A DNA stretch of 59,313 nucleotides, taken from assembly GCA_030673105.1 (NCBI GenBank), contig DAOVJS010000001.1:1-59313 (forward strand), read 5' to 3'. Below the pieces are notes generated by a model that made no database searches, was not told the DNA's origin, and was given only the letters and a program-made list of their open reading frames with translations. Positions 45,531-54,701 of the stretch are shown here, piece after piece. The DNA comes from Spirochaetota bacterium (lineage in GTDB: Bacteria > Spirochaetota > B62-G9 > DRHN01). Numbering within the stretch: the first letter of the stretch is position 1; every line of letters begins with the position of its first letter. The translations under genes were made by a program, and so were the position numbers.

Positions 45531-45998
45531 TCACAACTCAGACTTGCTACCGGCTGATTCTTCATCTTTTGCGTCCAGAAGCGCCTCGAGTGCTTTTATG
45601 TATCCGGTAGGGCCGAGTCCCATTATCTGCGCGATGCACACCTCTTTGATTACCGATATTTTTCTGAAATCTTCCCTCTTATCGATATTGGACAGGTGTA
45701 TTTCCACTGTTTTTAAACCCGAAGCTTTAATCGCGTCCCTGATGGCGTAACTGTAGTGAGTAAAGGCACCGGGATTTATTATAAGACCTTTAAAACCTTT
45801 ATTCGCAATTGAATGGATTTTATCAATTATTTTTCCTTCATGGTTTGACTGAAAATGCTTTATCCTGACATCTCTCTTTCGCGAGAGCATTTTGAGAACT
45901 CTAACGATCTGCCCGAGAGTGGTTTTTCCGTAAATTTCAGGCTCTCTTTTTCCCAGCATATTGAGATTCGGTCCGTTTATTAAATACACCTTCTCCAT
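45531..45998 (-). CDS. aroQ: Type II 3-dehydroquinate dehydratase
   Basis: INGPNLNMLGKREPEIYG, HQSNHEG-like FQSNHEG, INPGAFTHYS. Confidence 0.9.
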   Translation of the reverse strand: MEKVYLINGPNLNMLGKREPEIYGKTTLGQIVRVLKMLSRKRDVRIKHFQSNHEGKIIDKIHSIANKGFKGLIINPGAFTHYSYAIRDAIKASGLKTVEIHLSNIDKREDFRKISVIKEVCIAQIMGLGPTGYIKALEALLDAKDEESAGSKSEL

Positions 45999-46015
45999 AT
46001 AATCATCTCCCGCGT

Positions 46016-47029
46016 CTATTTTAAAATAGCGTGAGCTTTTTTAAGCATGTCAATGATAGGCAGCTCATAGGGGCACTCCGCTAAACAGAGGCCGCATTCG
46101 GTGCAGTTCAGGGCATTTACCTCAAACCCCCCGTACCACCTGCTCAATACATCATGGTTCTCGGGAAACCTGGCTTTCCCTGCAAATTCCAGTATCACTC
46201 CGATACGTATCTTTTCAGGGCAGGCGGGATGACAGTAATAGCATCTCCTGCAGAAATCCTTATCCAGACCTCTTACAACGTCATCAAGCTCTTCTTTCTC
46301 CCTCTCCGAAAGGGTGTATTCTCCATCCGCGATCCCCGTATTTTCCATAACCTGCTCTTTTGAGACCATGCCCGGAATTACCGTTGAAACAGGGTGCTGC
46401 AGGATCCACTTTAAGGCCGACGCCGCGTGTATCAGCGCGCCGCCGGCAAGCGGCTTTTGATCAATAAATCCAATATCATTACTGCTGCAGTACGAAATTA
46501 AATCGATTGCACCCTGCGGTTTTTCAATATAACTGAACGCCCCCTGCACCGTATCAAACTCCCCGGTTTTCGCCGCATCAAGAAGAACCGCGGGGTTGTG
46601 CCCGGTAATCCCGATAAACTCTATTATGCCTTTTTCTCTGATCTTTTTCAAAACCTTAAGGGCACCCTGATCTGACAGAATGTCTTCCAGCTCGCTGTCT
46701 GTGTTTACATAGTGGATCTGATAAAGATCGATGGTCTCTGTTTTTAAATTGCCAAGGCTCGTTTCCAGCTCCTCCATGATCTGTTTTTCTCTTCTGGCCT
46801 TTGTTTTTGTCGCGAGGTAGAACTCATCCCTTCTCTCAGCGACAGCCTTACCCAGCAATTCTTCACTCTCCCTGTATCCCCGTGCTGTATCAATAAAGTT
46901 TACCCCGCGGTCAAGCGCGGTGTTCACAACCGCACGGGCTTCCTCTTCATTCAATCCCGAAAGCGGAAGAGCGCCGAACCCTATACAGCTTACTTTCAGA
47001 TCTGTTCTTCCAAGTTTTCTATATTTCAT
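46016..47029 (-). CDS. Aldo/keto reductase fused to a C-terminal Cys-rich Fe-S (ferredoxin-like) domain
   Basis: AKR N-terminus (YRKLGRTDLKVSCIGFG, IDTARGY). C-terminal CRRCYYCHPACP and CTECGLCLAECP motifs. Confidence 0.8.
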   Translation of the reverse strand: MKYRKLGRTDLKVSCIGFGALPLSGLNEEEARAVVNTALDRGVNFIDTARGYRESEELLGKAVAERRDEFYLATKTKARREKQIMEELETSLGNLKTETIDLYQIHYVNTDSELEDILSDQGALKVLKKIREKGIIEFIGITGHNPAVLLDAAKTGEFDTVQGAFSYIEKPQGAIDLISYCSSNDIGFIDQKPLAGGALIHAASALKWILQHPVSTVIPGMVSKEQVMENTGIADGEYTLSEREKEELDDVVRGLDKDFCRRCYYCHPACPEKIRIGVILEFAGKARFPENHDVLSRWYGGFEVNALNCTECGLCLAECPYELPIIDMLKKAHAILK

Positions 47030-47142
47030 TCTTTTCCTACTCCACACTGGTAAATAAAAAAATGTCTCACTATGGGTACAGATGAATATTTAAGTTTACA
47101 CAAAGTTGCTTGAATATACAATGATTAATTATACCTGATCCC

Positions 47143-48099
47143 TCAGCGAAAGACCACAGGAAGATTCAATAAATAGAGCGCGGCTAAAAAAACGACAAGA
47201 GTAACAGTCACAACCCTCCAGTACAGGGCAATCGCTTTAAGTATGATACCCGGATCCTTCAGCTCGTCCCGGTCCAGTTTATTTTCCCCAATCCAGGGCT
47301 TCCCCTTTTGTACTCCGCCATACACGGAAGGACCGCCAAGGGCTACCCCAAGATAAGCCGAAAACCCGGCCTCAGAAATACCCGCGTTCGGGCTCGGATG
47401 TCTCTTTCCGTGAACTCTCATTGTCATAAACACATCCCTTCTGAATTTCGCGGCACAGAACAAAAAGAAAAGGTTCAGCCGGGCCGGGATGTAATTTAAA
47501 AGATCGTCCAGCCAGGCCCCAATCTTTCCAAAACGCTCGTACTTCTCGTTTCTGTAACCAAAAAGAGAGTCAATCGTGTTCACGGTTTTATATATATACG
47601 CGGAAGGTACACCCCCTAAACAGAGGTAAAAAAGGGGAGCCGTAAAACCGTCAACAATATTTTCAGCAATTGATTCCACGGCAGCCCTGATGATCCCCCT
47701 TTCATCAAGGTGTTTTGTATCCCTTCCGACAATTCTCGCGATCCGTACGCGGGCCTTTTCGATCTCATTTTCTTTCAGGCAGTAATAGACCGACTTTGCC
47801 TCTCTTATCATATCCCTGTTGCAGAAAACAAAGTAGATGAGCCCTACCGTAAGTATATTAATGGAAACAGGCAGGTAAAAAAACCCTTTGATGTATTCCA
47901 GAAAGAGTGTCACGAAAAAAACTGTGAGAAGGGCGGAAAGCACAAGGGAAAACCCTCCAAACAGCTTTCTGCGAAATCTGTAAAAAAGCTTCTCATAAAA
48001 AGAAAGCATATATCCAATAAGCCGCACAGGGTGCCAGCGAAAAACCGGGTCACCAATGATCAAATCCAGGACAAAAGCTGCAGTTACATTAATCAGCAT
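47143..48099 (-). CDS. cbiB: Adenosylcobinamide-phosphate synthase
   Basis: DLIIGDP..RWHPVRLIG N-terminus and HPSPNAG motif. Confidence 0.88.
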   Translation of the reverse strand: MLINVTAAFVLDLIIGDPVFRWHPVRLIGYMLSFYEKLFYRFRRKLFGGFSLVLSALLTVFFVTLFLEYIKGFFYLPVSINILTVGLIYFVFCNRDMIREAKSVYYCLKENEIEKARVRIARIVGRDTKHLDERGIIRAAVESIAENIVDGFTAPLFYLCLGGVPSAYIYKTVNTIDSLFGYRNEKYERFGKIGAWLDDLLNYIPARLNLFFLFCAAKFRRDVFMTMRVHGKRHPSPNAGISEAGFSAYLGVALGGPSVYGGVQKGKPWIGENKLDRDELKDPGIILKAIALYWRVVTVTLVVFLAALYLLNLPVVFR

Positions 48100-48122
48100 A
48101 AAAATATTTCTCTAATAATAGG

Positions 48123-48878
48123 CTAAAACAATACTAGTACCAGGATTAAGTAAAAAACCTCCGACATTTCTATCCCGGCCCCAATCGTGTCACCCGTAAT
48201 CCCGCCGATTTTTCTCCTGCAGATAAATCCCCAGGCAATCCAGAATATAGAAATAAGCGGTGCTGATAAAAGGCTTAAAAGGTAATCTCGAGAGAAGCTC
48301 GAAAGCAGCATCAACAGAAAAGAGATCATTGCCTGCTTTAAACTTATTGAAGATACAAAGGATTTGCCCAGGCCCTTATCCCCTCCCCCATAGGGGAAGA
48401 TATATCCCGCCACAGCAACCCCTCCCCTGCTCAGCGCCGGGGCCGCGAGAAGGTAAAAGGGAAAAATGTCTGTCCCTTTTAACAAAATTTCATAAAAAAG
48501 GCTTATTTTTAGTGCATACAGGGAAAACGCGCCGACAAAACCGAGAGCGCCGAGCCCGGGATCTCTCATCACCGAAATGATCTCTTCTTTCTTTTTCCTG
48601 CCTGATAAAAAACCGTCGATAGTATCAAGAAGGCCGTCCGCGTGAATGCCTCTAGAAAAAAAAAGAATAAACACGCACATGATTACCGAGAGGGTCAGAG
48701 GAGTAAGCCCGTTCAGCAGGCTGATCAGATAAAGAAAGAAGCCGATTGTCAATCCCACAACAGGATAAAAAATGACAGATTTTCCTGTATCTTCATTCGA
48801 AACCTTTATCCCGCCAAGCCCGGGTATTATAGTCAAGAATCCGAACGCGAATAAAAATTGATTGAAAACTTTTTTCAC
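48123..48878 (-). CDS. cobS: Adenosylcobinamide-GDP ribazoletransferase (cobalamin synthase)
   Basis: Polytopic ~250 aa with HADGLLDTIDG and GGITGDTIGA motifs. Confidence 0.88.
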   Translation of the reverse strand: MKKVFNQFLFAFGFLTIIPGLGGIKVSNEDTGKSVIFYPVVGLTIGFFLYLISLLNGLTPLTLSVIMCVFILFFSRGIHADGLLDTIDGFLSGRKKKEEIISVMRDPGLGALGFVGAFSLYALKISLFYEILLKGTDIFPFYLLAAPALSRGGVAVAGYIFPYGGGDKGLGKSFVSSISLKQAMISFLLMLLSSFSRDYLLSLLSAPLISIFWIAWGFICRRKIGGITGDTIGAGIEMSEVFYLILVLVLF

Positions 48879-49921
48879 AAGCTTTTTTTCTCAACCCCTG
48901 CCCCGTCAAAGGTCGCCATATCGTAGTAAAGGTGCATGGCCGCGTCGATTATTTCGATTGCGAGGGCGGCTCCGGTCCCCTCACCTAACCTCATCCCGAG
49001 ATCAAGGACCGGCTCTTTTCCGAGCCATTCTGTAAAAATATCATGCCCCTTTTCCGCGGAAAGATGCGACACGATAAAATAATCGTCTATATATTTATTG
49101 AGACCGCGTGCGACGATGGCTCCAGCTGTAGAGATAAAGCCGTCAACAACGGCCAATCTCTTTTTTATTGCAGCGCCGATTATAAGGCCCGCAATCCCGC
49201 CGATTTCAAAACCCCCGACTTTCGCAAGAACATCTACAGGGTCAGCCGGGTCCGGCCTGTTTAATATAATCCCTCTTTTTATCACATCTACTTTTTTCGA
49301 AAGAGTATCGTCGTCAATGCCGGTCCCCCGCCCTGTTACATCCCGGGCGTCACTTCCCATTATTACACACGCTACTGCAGCGGACGGTGTAGTGTTTCCG
49401 ATTCCCATGTCTCCTGTTCCTAGAATATCAAACTCATAATCAAGGGCAAGCCCTATCCCCGAAACAATTGATTTCTCAGCCTGCTCCCTTGTCATCGCGG
49501 GTCCCACAGTGAAATTTTTTGTCCCGTAATCCACCTTTTTATTTATCAATCCTTCACAATCAAGGTCCTGCGCGACCCCCATGTCAACAACAACCACCTT
49601 ACACCCCGCGTGTGCGGCAAGTACATTTACTCCCGCCCCTCTGTTAACGAAATTCAGCACCATCTGACCGGTCACACTCTGTGGATACGCGGACACCCCC
49701 TCGCTCACAACTCCATGGTCACCCGCAAGGGTAAAGATCACCTTTTTATCAAATACGGGATCCGCTGTCCCCTGTACAGCTGCCATCTGCCTGCATAAAG
49801 ATTCAAGCCTTCCAAGACTTCCAAGGGGCTTTGTTTGAGAATCCAGCCTCTTCTGGACGCTGTCGATAACACCCGTGTCTGCCGGCCCGACCATTGAAAG
49901 ATAATCCTCCAGGCTCTTCAC
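48875..49921 (-). CDS. cobT: Nicotinate-nucleotide--dimethylbenzimidazole phosphoribosyltransferase
   Basis: KPLGSLGRLE, GDMGIGNTT, LGEGTGAA. Confidence 0.9.
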   Translation of the reverse strand: MKSLEDYLSMVGPADTGVIDSVQKRLDSQTKPLGSLGRLESLCRQMAAVQGTADPVFDKKVIFTLAGDHGVVSEGVSAYPQSVTGQMVLNFVNRGAGVNVLAAHAGCKVVVVDMGVAQDLDCEGLINKKVDYGTKNFTVGPAMTREQAEKSIVSGIGLALDYEFDILGTGDMGIGNTTPSAAVACVIMGSDARDVTGRGTGIDDDTLSKKVDVIKRGIILNRPDPADPVDVLAKVGGFEIGGIAGLIIGAAIKKRLAVVDGFISTAGAIVARGLNKYIDDYFIVSHLSAEKGHDIFTEWLGKEPVLDLGMRLGEGTGAALAIEIIDAAMHLYYDMATFDGAGVEKKSL

Positions 49922-49981
49922 CTATATTCTCCTGTATTTTTTCATAAATAAATCAAAGCCCATTTTCAACCTGTTCCGCTG

Positions 49982-51082
49982 CTAAAAATAGGAGCGCTTC
50001 AGTTTATCCTCTCTCTTAAAGCGCTCAATGGCAAGCTCAATCAGGATGCTTATGAGATCGGTCTGTGATAATCCGCTTTTCTCCCAGAGTTTCGGATACA
50101 TGCTTATGTTTGTAAACCCGGGCAGAGTATTGATCTCATTCACAACAGCCTCACCGTTTTCTTTCAGGAATAAATCAACCCGCGCCATGCCTTCACAGCA
50201 AAGAACCTTAAAAGATTTCACCGCAAGCGCCTGTATTTTCTTCTCCTGTTCTTCCGGTATTCTTGCAGGTATCTCCAGAACCGCGCCTTTACCATCAACA
50301 TATTTTGCTTCATAGGTGTAGAACTCATGTCTTGACTTCACCTCTCCAGGCACAGATGCCCGGGGGTTTTCATTTCCCAGAACCGAGCATTCAATTTCTC
50401 TCCCATCAATAAACTCTTCAATAATAATCTTACTGTCATAACGGAAAGCTTCACGAACAGCACGGGCGAAATCTTCTTTTGCACCCACCCTGCTGATACC
50501 AACGGAAGACCCAAGGTTGGCGGGTTTGACAAACAGGGGAAGGCCGAGCCTGTCTTTAACCTCCATGAAATCAACCGTTTCTTCCTGAGTCCATTCATAA
50601 ATGAGAAAATCCGGTATGGGCACAGACGCATCGCGCAGAAGCCGTTTCATCACATCCTTATCCATTCCCACGGATGAGCCCAGAACCCCGGCACCGACAA
50701 ATGGCACATCGGCAAGTTTCAACAATCCCTGGACGGTACCGTCCTCACCGAATGTTCCATGCAGAACTGGAAAAATAACATCGATCCGGCAGATTGATTT
50801 ACCGCCCGAAGAGCACAGCAGCCCATCTGTACCTCTGTACGGCATTACCGCGTCCGAATCATTAAATCCTGAGAGGGTGATCGATTCCGGCCCTTTGGAG
50901 GACCCGAAAAATTCAGGGCCATCAATGTACTTCCATTTTCCCTCTCTGTCTATCCCTATAAGGACAGTCTCATACTTCGATTTATCTATTGCCCCCGCGA
51001 TGTTTTTAGCAGACTGAAGTGACACTTCATGCTCGGCTGATCTCCCTCCAAAAAGAATTCCAACCCTTTTCTTTCTCTTCAT
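49982..51082 (-). CDS. ddl: D-alanine--D-alanine ligase
   Basis: GGRSAEHEVSL, HGTFGEDGTVQGLL, ATP-grasp body, EINTLPGFT. Confidence 0.92.
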   Translation of the reverse strand: MKRKKRVGILFGGRSAEHEVSLQSAKNIAGAIDKSKYETVLIGIDREGKWKYIDGPEFFGSSKGPESITLSGFNDSDAVMPYRGTDGLLCSSGGKSICRIDVIFPVLHGTFGEDGTVQGLLKLADVPFVGAGVLGSSVGMDKDVMKRLLRDASVPIPDFLIYEWTQEETVDFMEVKDRLGLPLFVKPANLGSSVGISRVGAKEDFARAVREAFRYDSKIIIEEFIDGREIECSVLGNENPRASVPGEVKSRHEFYTYEAKYVDGKGAVLEIPARIPEEQEKKIQALAVKSFKVLCCEGMARVDLFLKENGEAVVNEINTLPGFTNISMYPKLWEKSGLSQTDLISILIELAIERFKREDKLKRSYF

Positions 51083-51167
51083 TAGTACAGCCTGCCGATC
51101 AATTTAATAACCTGCAATATGGCCTGCCCCTGATGATTCTGCCGGCAATAATGAAAGATGTCTTCTC

Positions 51168-52415
51168 TCACATAATGCCCAGGGAGCTTTTGAAGATATC
51201 TTCAAAGGTCTCCCTTCTTCGAATGAGCCTTGCCCTGCTTCCCTTTACAAGAACTTCAGCCGGTCTGGGACGCGAGTTATAGTAAGACGCCATGGAATAC
51301 CCGTATGCCCCGGCATTACAGATACAGACAATATCGCCCTCCTTAAAATGCGGAAGGTCCCGGTCAACTATCCCCTCTTCATCCCTCGTGAAAGTATCAC
51401 CGGACTCACACAAATTCCCTGCAATTACCTGAGATTCCCTGGCACCATAAGGTTTACCTGCGTGCAGTATCTGATGATAACTACCATACATGGCCGGGCG
51501 CACAAGATGGTTAAACCCCGTATTTATCCCGATAAACCGGTGTTTTTCTCCCTCCTTGACAGATGCGACTGTACCCAGTAGAAAACCGCTTTCAGCAACG
51601 AGATATCTCCCGGGCTCAATAACAAGTTTCAGCTCTCTCCCGTACCTGCCGCAGAAGTTTTCAAACTCATCAGCGATTCTTTTGCCGAGAACTCTTATGT
51701 CCATTCTTTCTTCGTTTTCCTGATAGGGGACACCGATCCCGCCACCGAAATCGATAAAAGACAGACCTTCAAAGTTTTTAGCGGTGTCAAGGAGAACACC
51801 CATGGCTTTTATAAATATTTCAGGGTCGAGTATCCCTGAACCGATATGCTGGTGAATGCCTTTTATCCTGAGTCCGGATTTTCGGGTAATCTCCTTTATA
51901 TCATCCACCCTGGTATAGTTAATCCCGAACTTGCTATCAGGGCCGCCGGTAATTACGTGATTATGGTGCCCGGCGCCAACATTTGGATTTATACGGATAC
52001 AGATATCTCTTCCGGGAAATTCCCGTCCAAACATCTTCAGCTGGGACAGGGAATCAAGGTTCGCCATAATATCATTCGATACCGCGTATTCTATCTCATC
52101 CCAGAGTACGTTGTTTGTGGTAAAGAGAATGTGATCTTTTTCAAAGCCCGCCTTTAAAGCCGCAAATATTTCACCAGGGGACACAGCGTCTATTCCCATC
52201 CCCTCCTCTTTAAGAACCTTCATAATCTCTATGTTTGTGTTAGCCTTGCACGCAAACTTAATCTCTTTATTATCGTAGGTTATGGCGTTTTTAAGCTCAC
52301 GGGCCCTTGCCCTTATTGTATCTTCTTCATAAACATAAAGGGGGCTTTCAAACTCTTTTATGAGATCTTCCGCGGAAACATCTCCGAAGTATAAGCCGTC
52401 ATTCCTTATGTCCAT
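51168..52415 (-). CDS. lysA: Diaminopimelate decarboxylase
   Basis: FACKANTN PLP-Lys, HQHIGS, GGGIGVPY and CESGD motifs. Confidence 0.9.
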   Translation of the reverse strand: MDIRNDGLYFGDVSAEDLIKEFESPLYVYEEDTIRARARELKNAITYDNKEIKFACKANTNIEIMKVLKEEGMGIDAVSPGEIFAALKAGFEKDHILFTTNNVLWDEIEYAVSNDIMANLDSLSQLKMFGREFPGRDICIRINPNVGAGHHNHVITGGPDSKFGINYTRVDDIKEITRKSGLRIKGIHQHIGSGILDPEIFIKAMGVLLDTAKNFEGLSFIDFGGGIGVPYQENEERMDIRVLGKRIADEFENFCGRYGRELKLVIEPGRYLVAESGFLLGTVASVKEGEKHRFIGINTGFNHLVRPAMYGSYHQILHAGKPYGARESQVIAGNLCESGDTFTRDEEGIVDRDLPHFKEGDIVCICNAGAYGYSMASYYNSRPRPAEVLVKGSRARLIRRRETFEDIFKSSLGIM

Positions 52416-52558
52416 ATCAGGGCACCCTTCCTTTTCAAGTTCTGGCTTAATTTATATAATAATCACAGGTTAGTCTATAAAATACAGTTTTCACTTGATA
52501 TTCCTTTTTTCAAGAATTATCCTAAAAACTATGATAATAATAATCGGCGGCCTTTAAT

Positions 52559-53002
52559 ATGAGTAAAAAACGTTCGAGAGTTTATCCGGAAAAACCGCTT
52601 ATAGGGGTTGGGGCCGCTGTCTTTAAAGATGATTCCGCGCTTCTGATCAAACGGGGTAATCCCCCGCTTTACGGGACCTGGTCACTCCCGGGAGGTAGAG
52701 TTAAACCTTTCGAAAGTCTAAAAGACGCGGCGGTACGGGAGGTAAAGGAAGAGTGCGGCATTGACATTGATGTTTTAGATCTGATAAAACTTTTCGAGTA
52801 TATTGAGAGGGGCCCGGACGGAAGGGTAAAGTATCACTATATTGTCTTTGATTTCAATGCAGTGTACACAGAAGGAACGCTCAAGCAGTCATCCGACGCG
52901 CTTGAGGCGCGGTGGGTTCACATTGATGAACTATGCAGGTACGGCCTGACCGATGCGGTGGTTGATGTGATAAAAAAGGGTGCTCATTTTAATAGAACAT
53001 GA
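52559..53002 (+). CDS. NUDIX hydrolase
   Basis: Nudix box GGRVKPFESLKDAAVREVKEECGI. Confidence 0.88.
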   Translation: MSKKRSRVYPEKPLIGVGAAVFKDDSALLIKRGNPPLYGTWSLPGGRVKPFESLKDAAVREVKEECGIDIDVLDLIKLFEYIERGPDGRVKYHYIVFDFNAVYTEGTLKQSSDALEARWVHIDELCRYGLTDAVVDVIKKGAHFNRT

Positions 53003-53063
53003 TAAAATCGCAGACAGGGATCCAATTGTCTCTTATTAAAAATACATTTTAAAATAAACTGCC

Positions 53064-54599
53064 ATGGAAAAAGACCACATTACTCTTGACGGCTTCTGCC
53101 TGACACCCGAGGATGTAGAGCGGGTCGCAGCAGGAGATCCCGCAGTATCACTGACCGACGAGGCTAAAAAACGAATAAACGCGTCCAGGGAATGTATCGA
53201 ATCAGCCGTACAGGGCGGGGAGCGTATTTACGGAGTCAATACCGGCTTCGGAGCTCTCTCCAATGTCGTTATCGGTCCGGACCAGATTGAGGAGCTGCAA
53301 AGAAATTTAATCAGGAGCCACTGCACCGGTATCGGAGAGCCCTTCCCGGAAGAAGAGGTAAGGGCAATGATGCTTCTTCGCGCTAATTTTTTTGCCAGGG
53401 GAAACTCAGGTGTGAGGCTGGAGCTCGTTCAGACACTGCTTGATCTTTTAAACCGTAGGGTCCATCCGGTGGTCCCGCAAAAAGGTTCGGTGGGAGCATC
53501 CGGAGACCTTGCTCCCCTTGCCCACATGTCATCAGTGCTGATCGGCGAAGGAGAGGCGCAGTACAGGGGAAAACGGCTGAACGGCTCTGAAGCCCTGAAG
53601 AAGGCAGGTATTACTCCGGTAAAATTAAAGGCCAAAGAGGGGCTAGCGATGATCAATGGAACCGGAGCCATGACCTCTACCGGTACACTCGCCCTGCTCA
53701 AGGCGGAAAGGCTTTCAAAGATTGCCGACATAGCCGGGACAGCGACACTGGATGCCCTGAGAGGAACATTAACCGCCTTTGACCTGGACATTCAGGCTGT
53801 CAGGCCTCACCCCGGTCAGATGAAGGTCGCTAAAAATTTCCACAGGCTGATGGAACACAGTGAAATCACAATTTCACACAAAGACTGCCCCAGAATTCAG
53901 GATGCCTACTCTTTGAGATGCATCCCGCAGGTCCACGGAGCTGTGAGGGATGTGCTGGATTATGTGAGAAAGGTGATTTCAATCGAGATAAATTCGGCTA
54001 CAGACAACCCGCTGGTCTTTCCGGAACAGAATAAAATAGAATCGGGCGGGAACTTTCACGGCGAACCTGTAGCATTTGCGATGGATTTCCTTGGCATAGC
54101 TATGAGTGAGCTCGGGGGAATTGCCGAGAGAAGGATTGAAAAACTCCTGAACCCAGTGTTCAGCGACCTTCCGCCCTTTCTTACCGACAAGGGCGGCCTT
54201 CATTCAGGCCTGATGATGGTGCAGGTGTCCGCTGCGGCCCTGGCTTCTGAGAACAAGATACTTGCCTCCCCCGCGAGCGTTGATTCAATCCCGACCTCAT
54301 CGGATAAGGAAGACCACGTCAGTATGGGCACAACTGCTGCCCGTAAGGCAAAAGAGATCATAGAGAATGTGGAGCAAATTCTGTCTATGGAGATCCTCGC
54401 TTCCAGCCAGGGTTTACACTTCCTTGAGCCGTTAAAACCCGGTACCGGTATCCGGGCCGCGTACAGGGTAATAAGGGAGGTTGTTCCCCCCATCAAAGGG
54501 GACCGCCCTTTCCATAAAGACATTGTCGCCATCCGGAATCTGATCGAGACCGGAAAGCTGCTGGAGGAAGTTGAAAAGGTATCCGGCCCTCTGCTGTGA
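53064..54599 (+). CDS. hutH: Histidine ammonia-lyase (MIO enzyme)
   Basis: MIO-forming GASGDLAPLAH, YGVNTGFG, and SH in LIRSHCTG (HAL-type selectivity pair). Confidence 0.88.
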   Translation: MEKDHITLDGFCLTPEDVERVAAGDPAVSLTDEAKKRINASRECIESAVQGGERIYGVNTGFGALSNVVIGPDQIEELQRNLIRSHCTGIGEPFPEEEVRAMMLLRANFFARGNSGVRLELVQTLLDLLNRRVHPVVPQKGSVGASGDLAPLAHMSSVLIGEGEAQYRGKRLNGSEALKKAGITPVKLKAKEGLAMINGTGAMTSTGTLALLKAERLSKIADIAGTATLDALRGTLTAFDLDIQAVRPHPGQMKVAKNFHRLMEHSEITISHKDCPRIQDAYSLRCIPQVHGAVRDVLDYVRKVISIEINSATDNPLVFPEQNKIESGGNFHGEPVAFAMDFLGIAMSELGGIAERRIEKLLNPVFSDLPPFLTDKGGLHSGLMMVQVSAAALASENKILASPASVDSIPTSSDKEDHVSMGTTAARKAKEIIENVEQILSMEILASSQGLHFLEPLKPGTGIRAAYRVIREVVPPIKGDRPFHKDIVAIRNLIETGKLLEEVEKVSGPLL

Positions 54600-54701
54600 T
54601 TCTCCCGCCTCGGAATACTTTCAATGGGTATGACTATCCTGATGATTTCCGGAGGTATCGATTTAGCGGCCGGCTCTTCCATATCTGCCGGCTTGTCTCC
54701 T

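Noticed and set aside
49922-49981. Possible cobalamin riboswitch ahead of cobT-cobS-cbiB (also examined 47048-47142)
   Set aside because: The gaps are only 60 and 95 nt and contain no B12-box-like sequence. The genes appear to be read through from ddl/lysA.
54600-54701. GCCGGC-N12-GCCGGC hairpin as a bidirectional terminator between hutH and the Mo-oxidoreductase
   Set aside because: The stem is only 6 bp, the loop is long, and there is no flanking U/A tract. This is not convincing.
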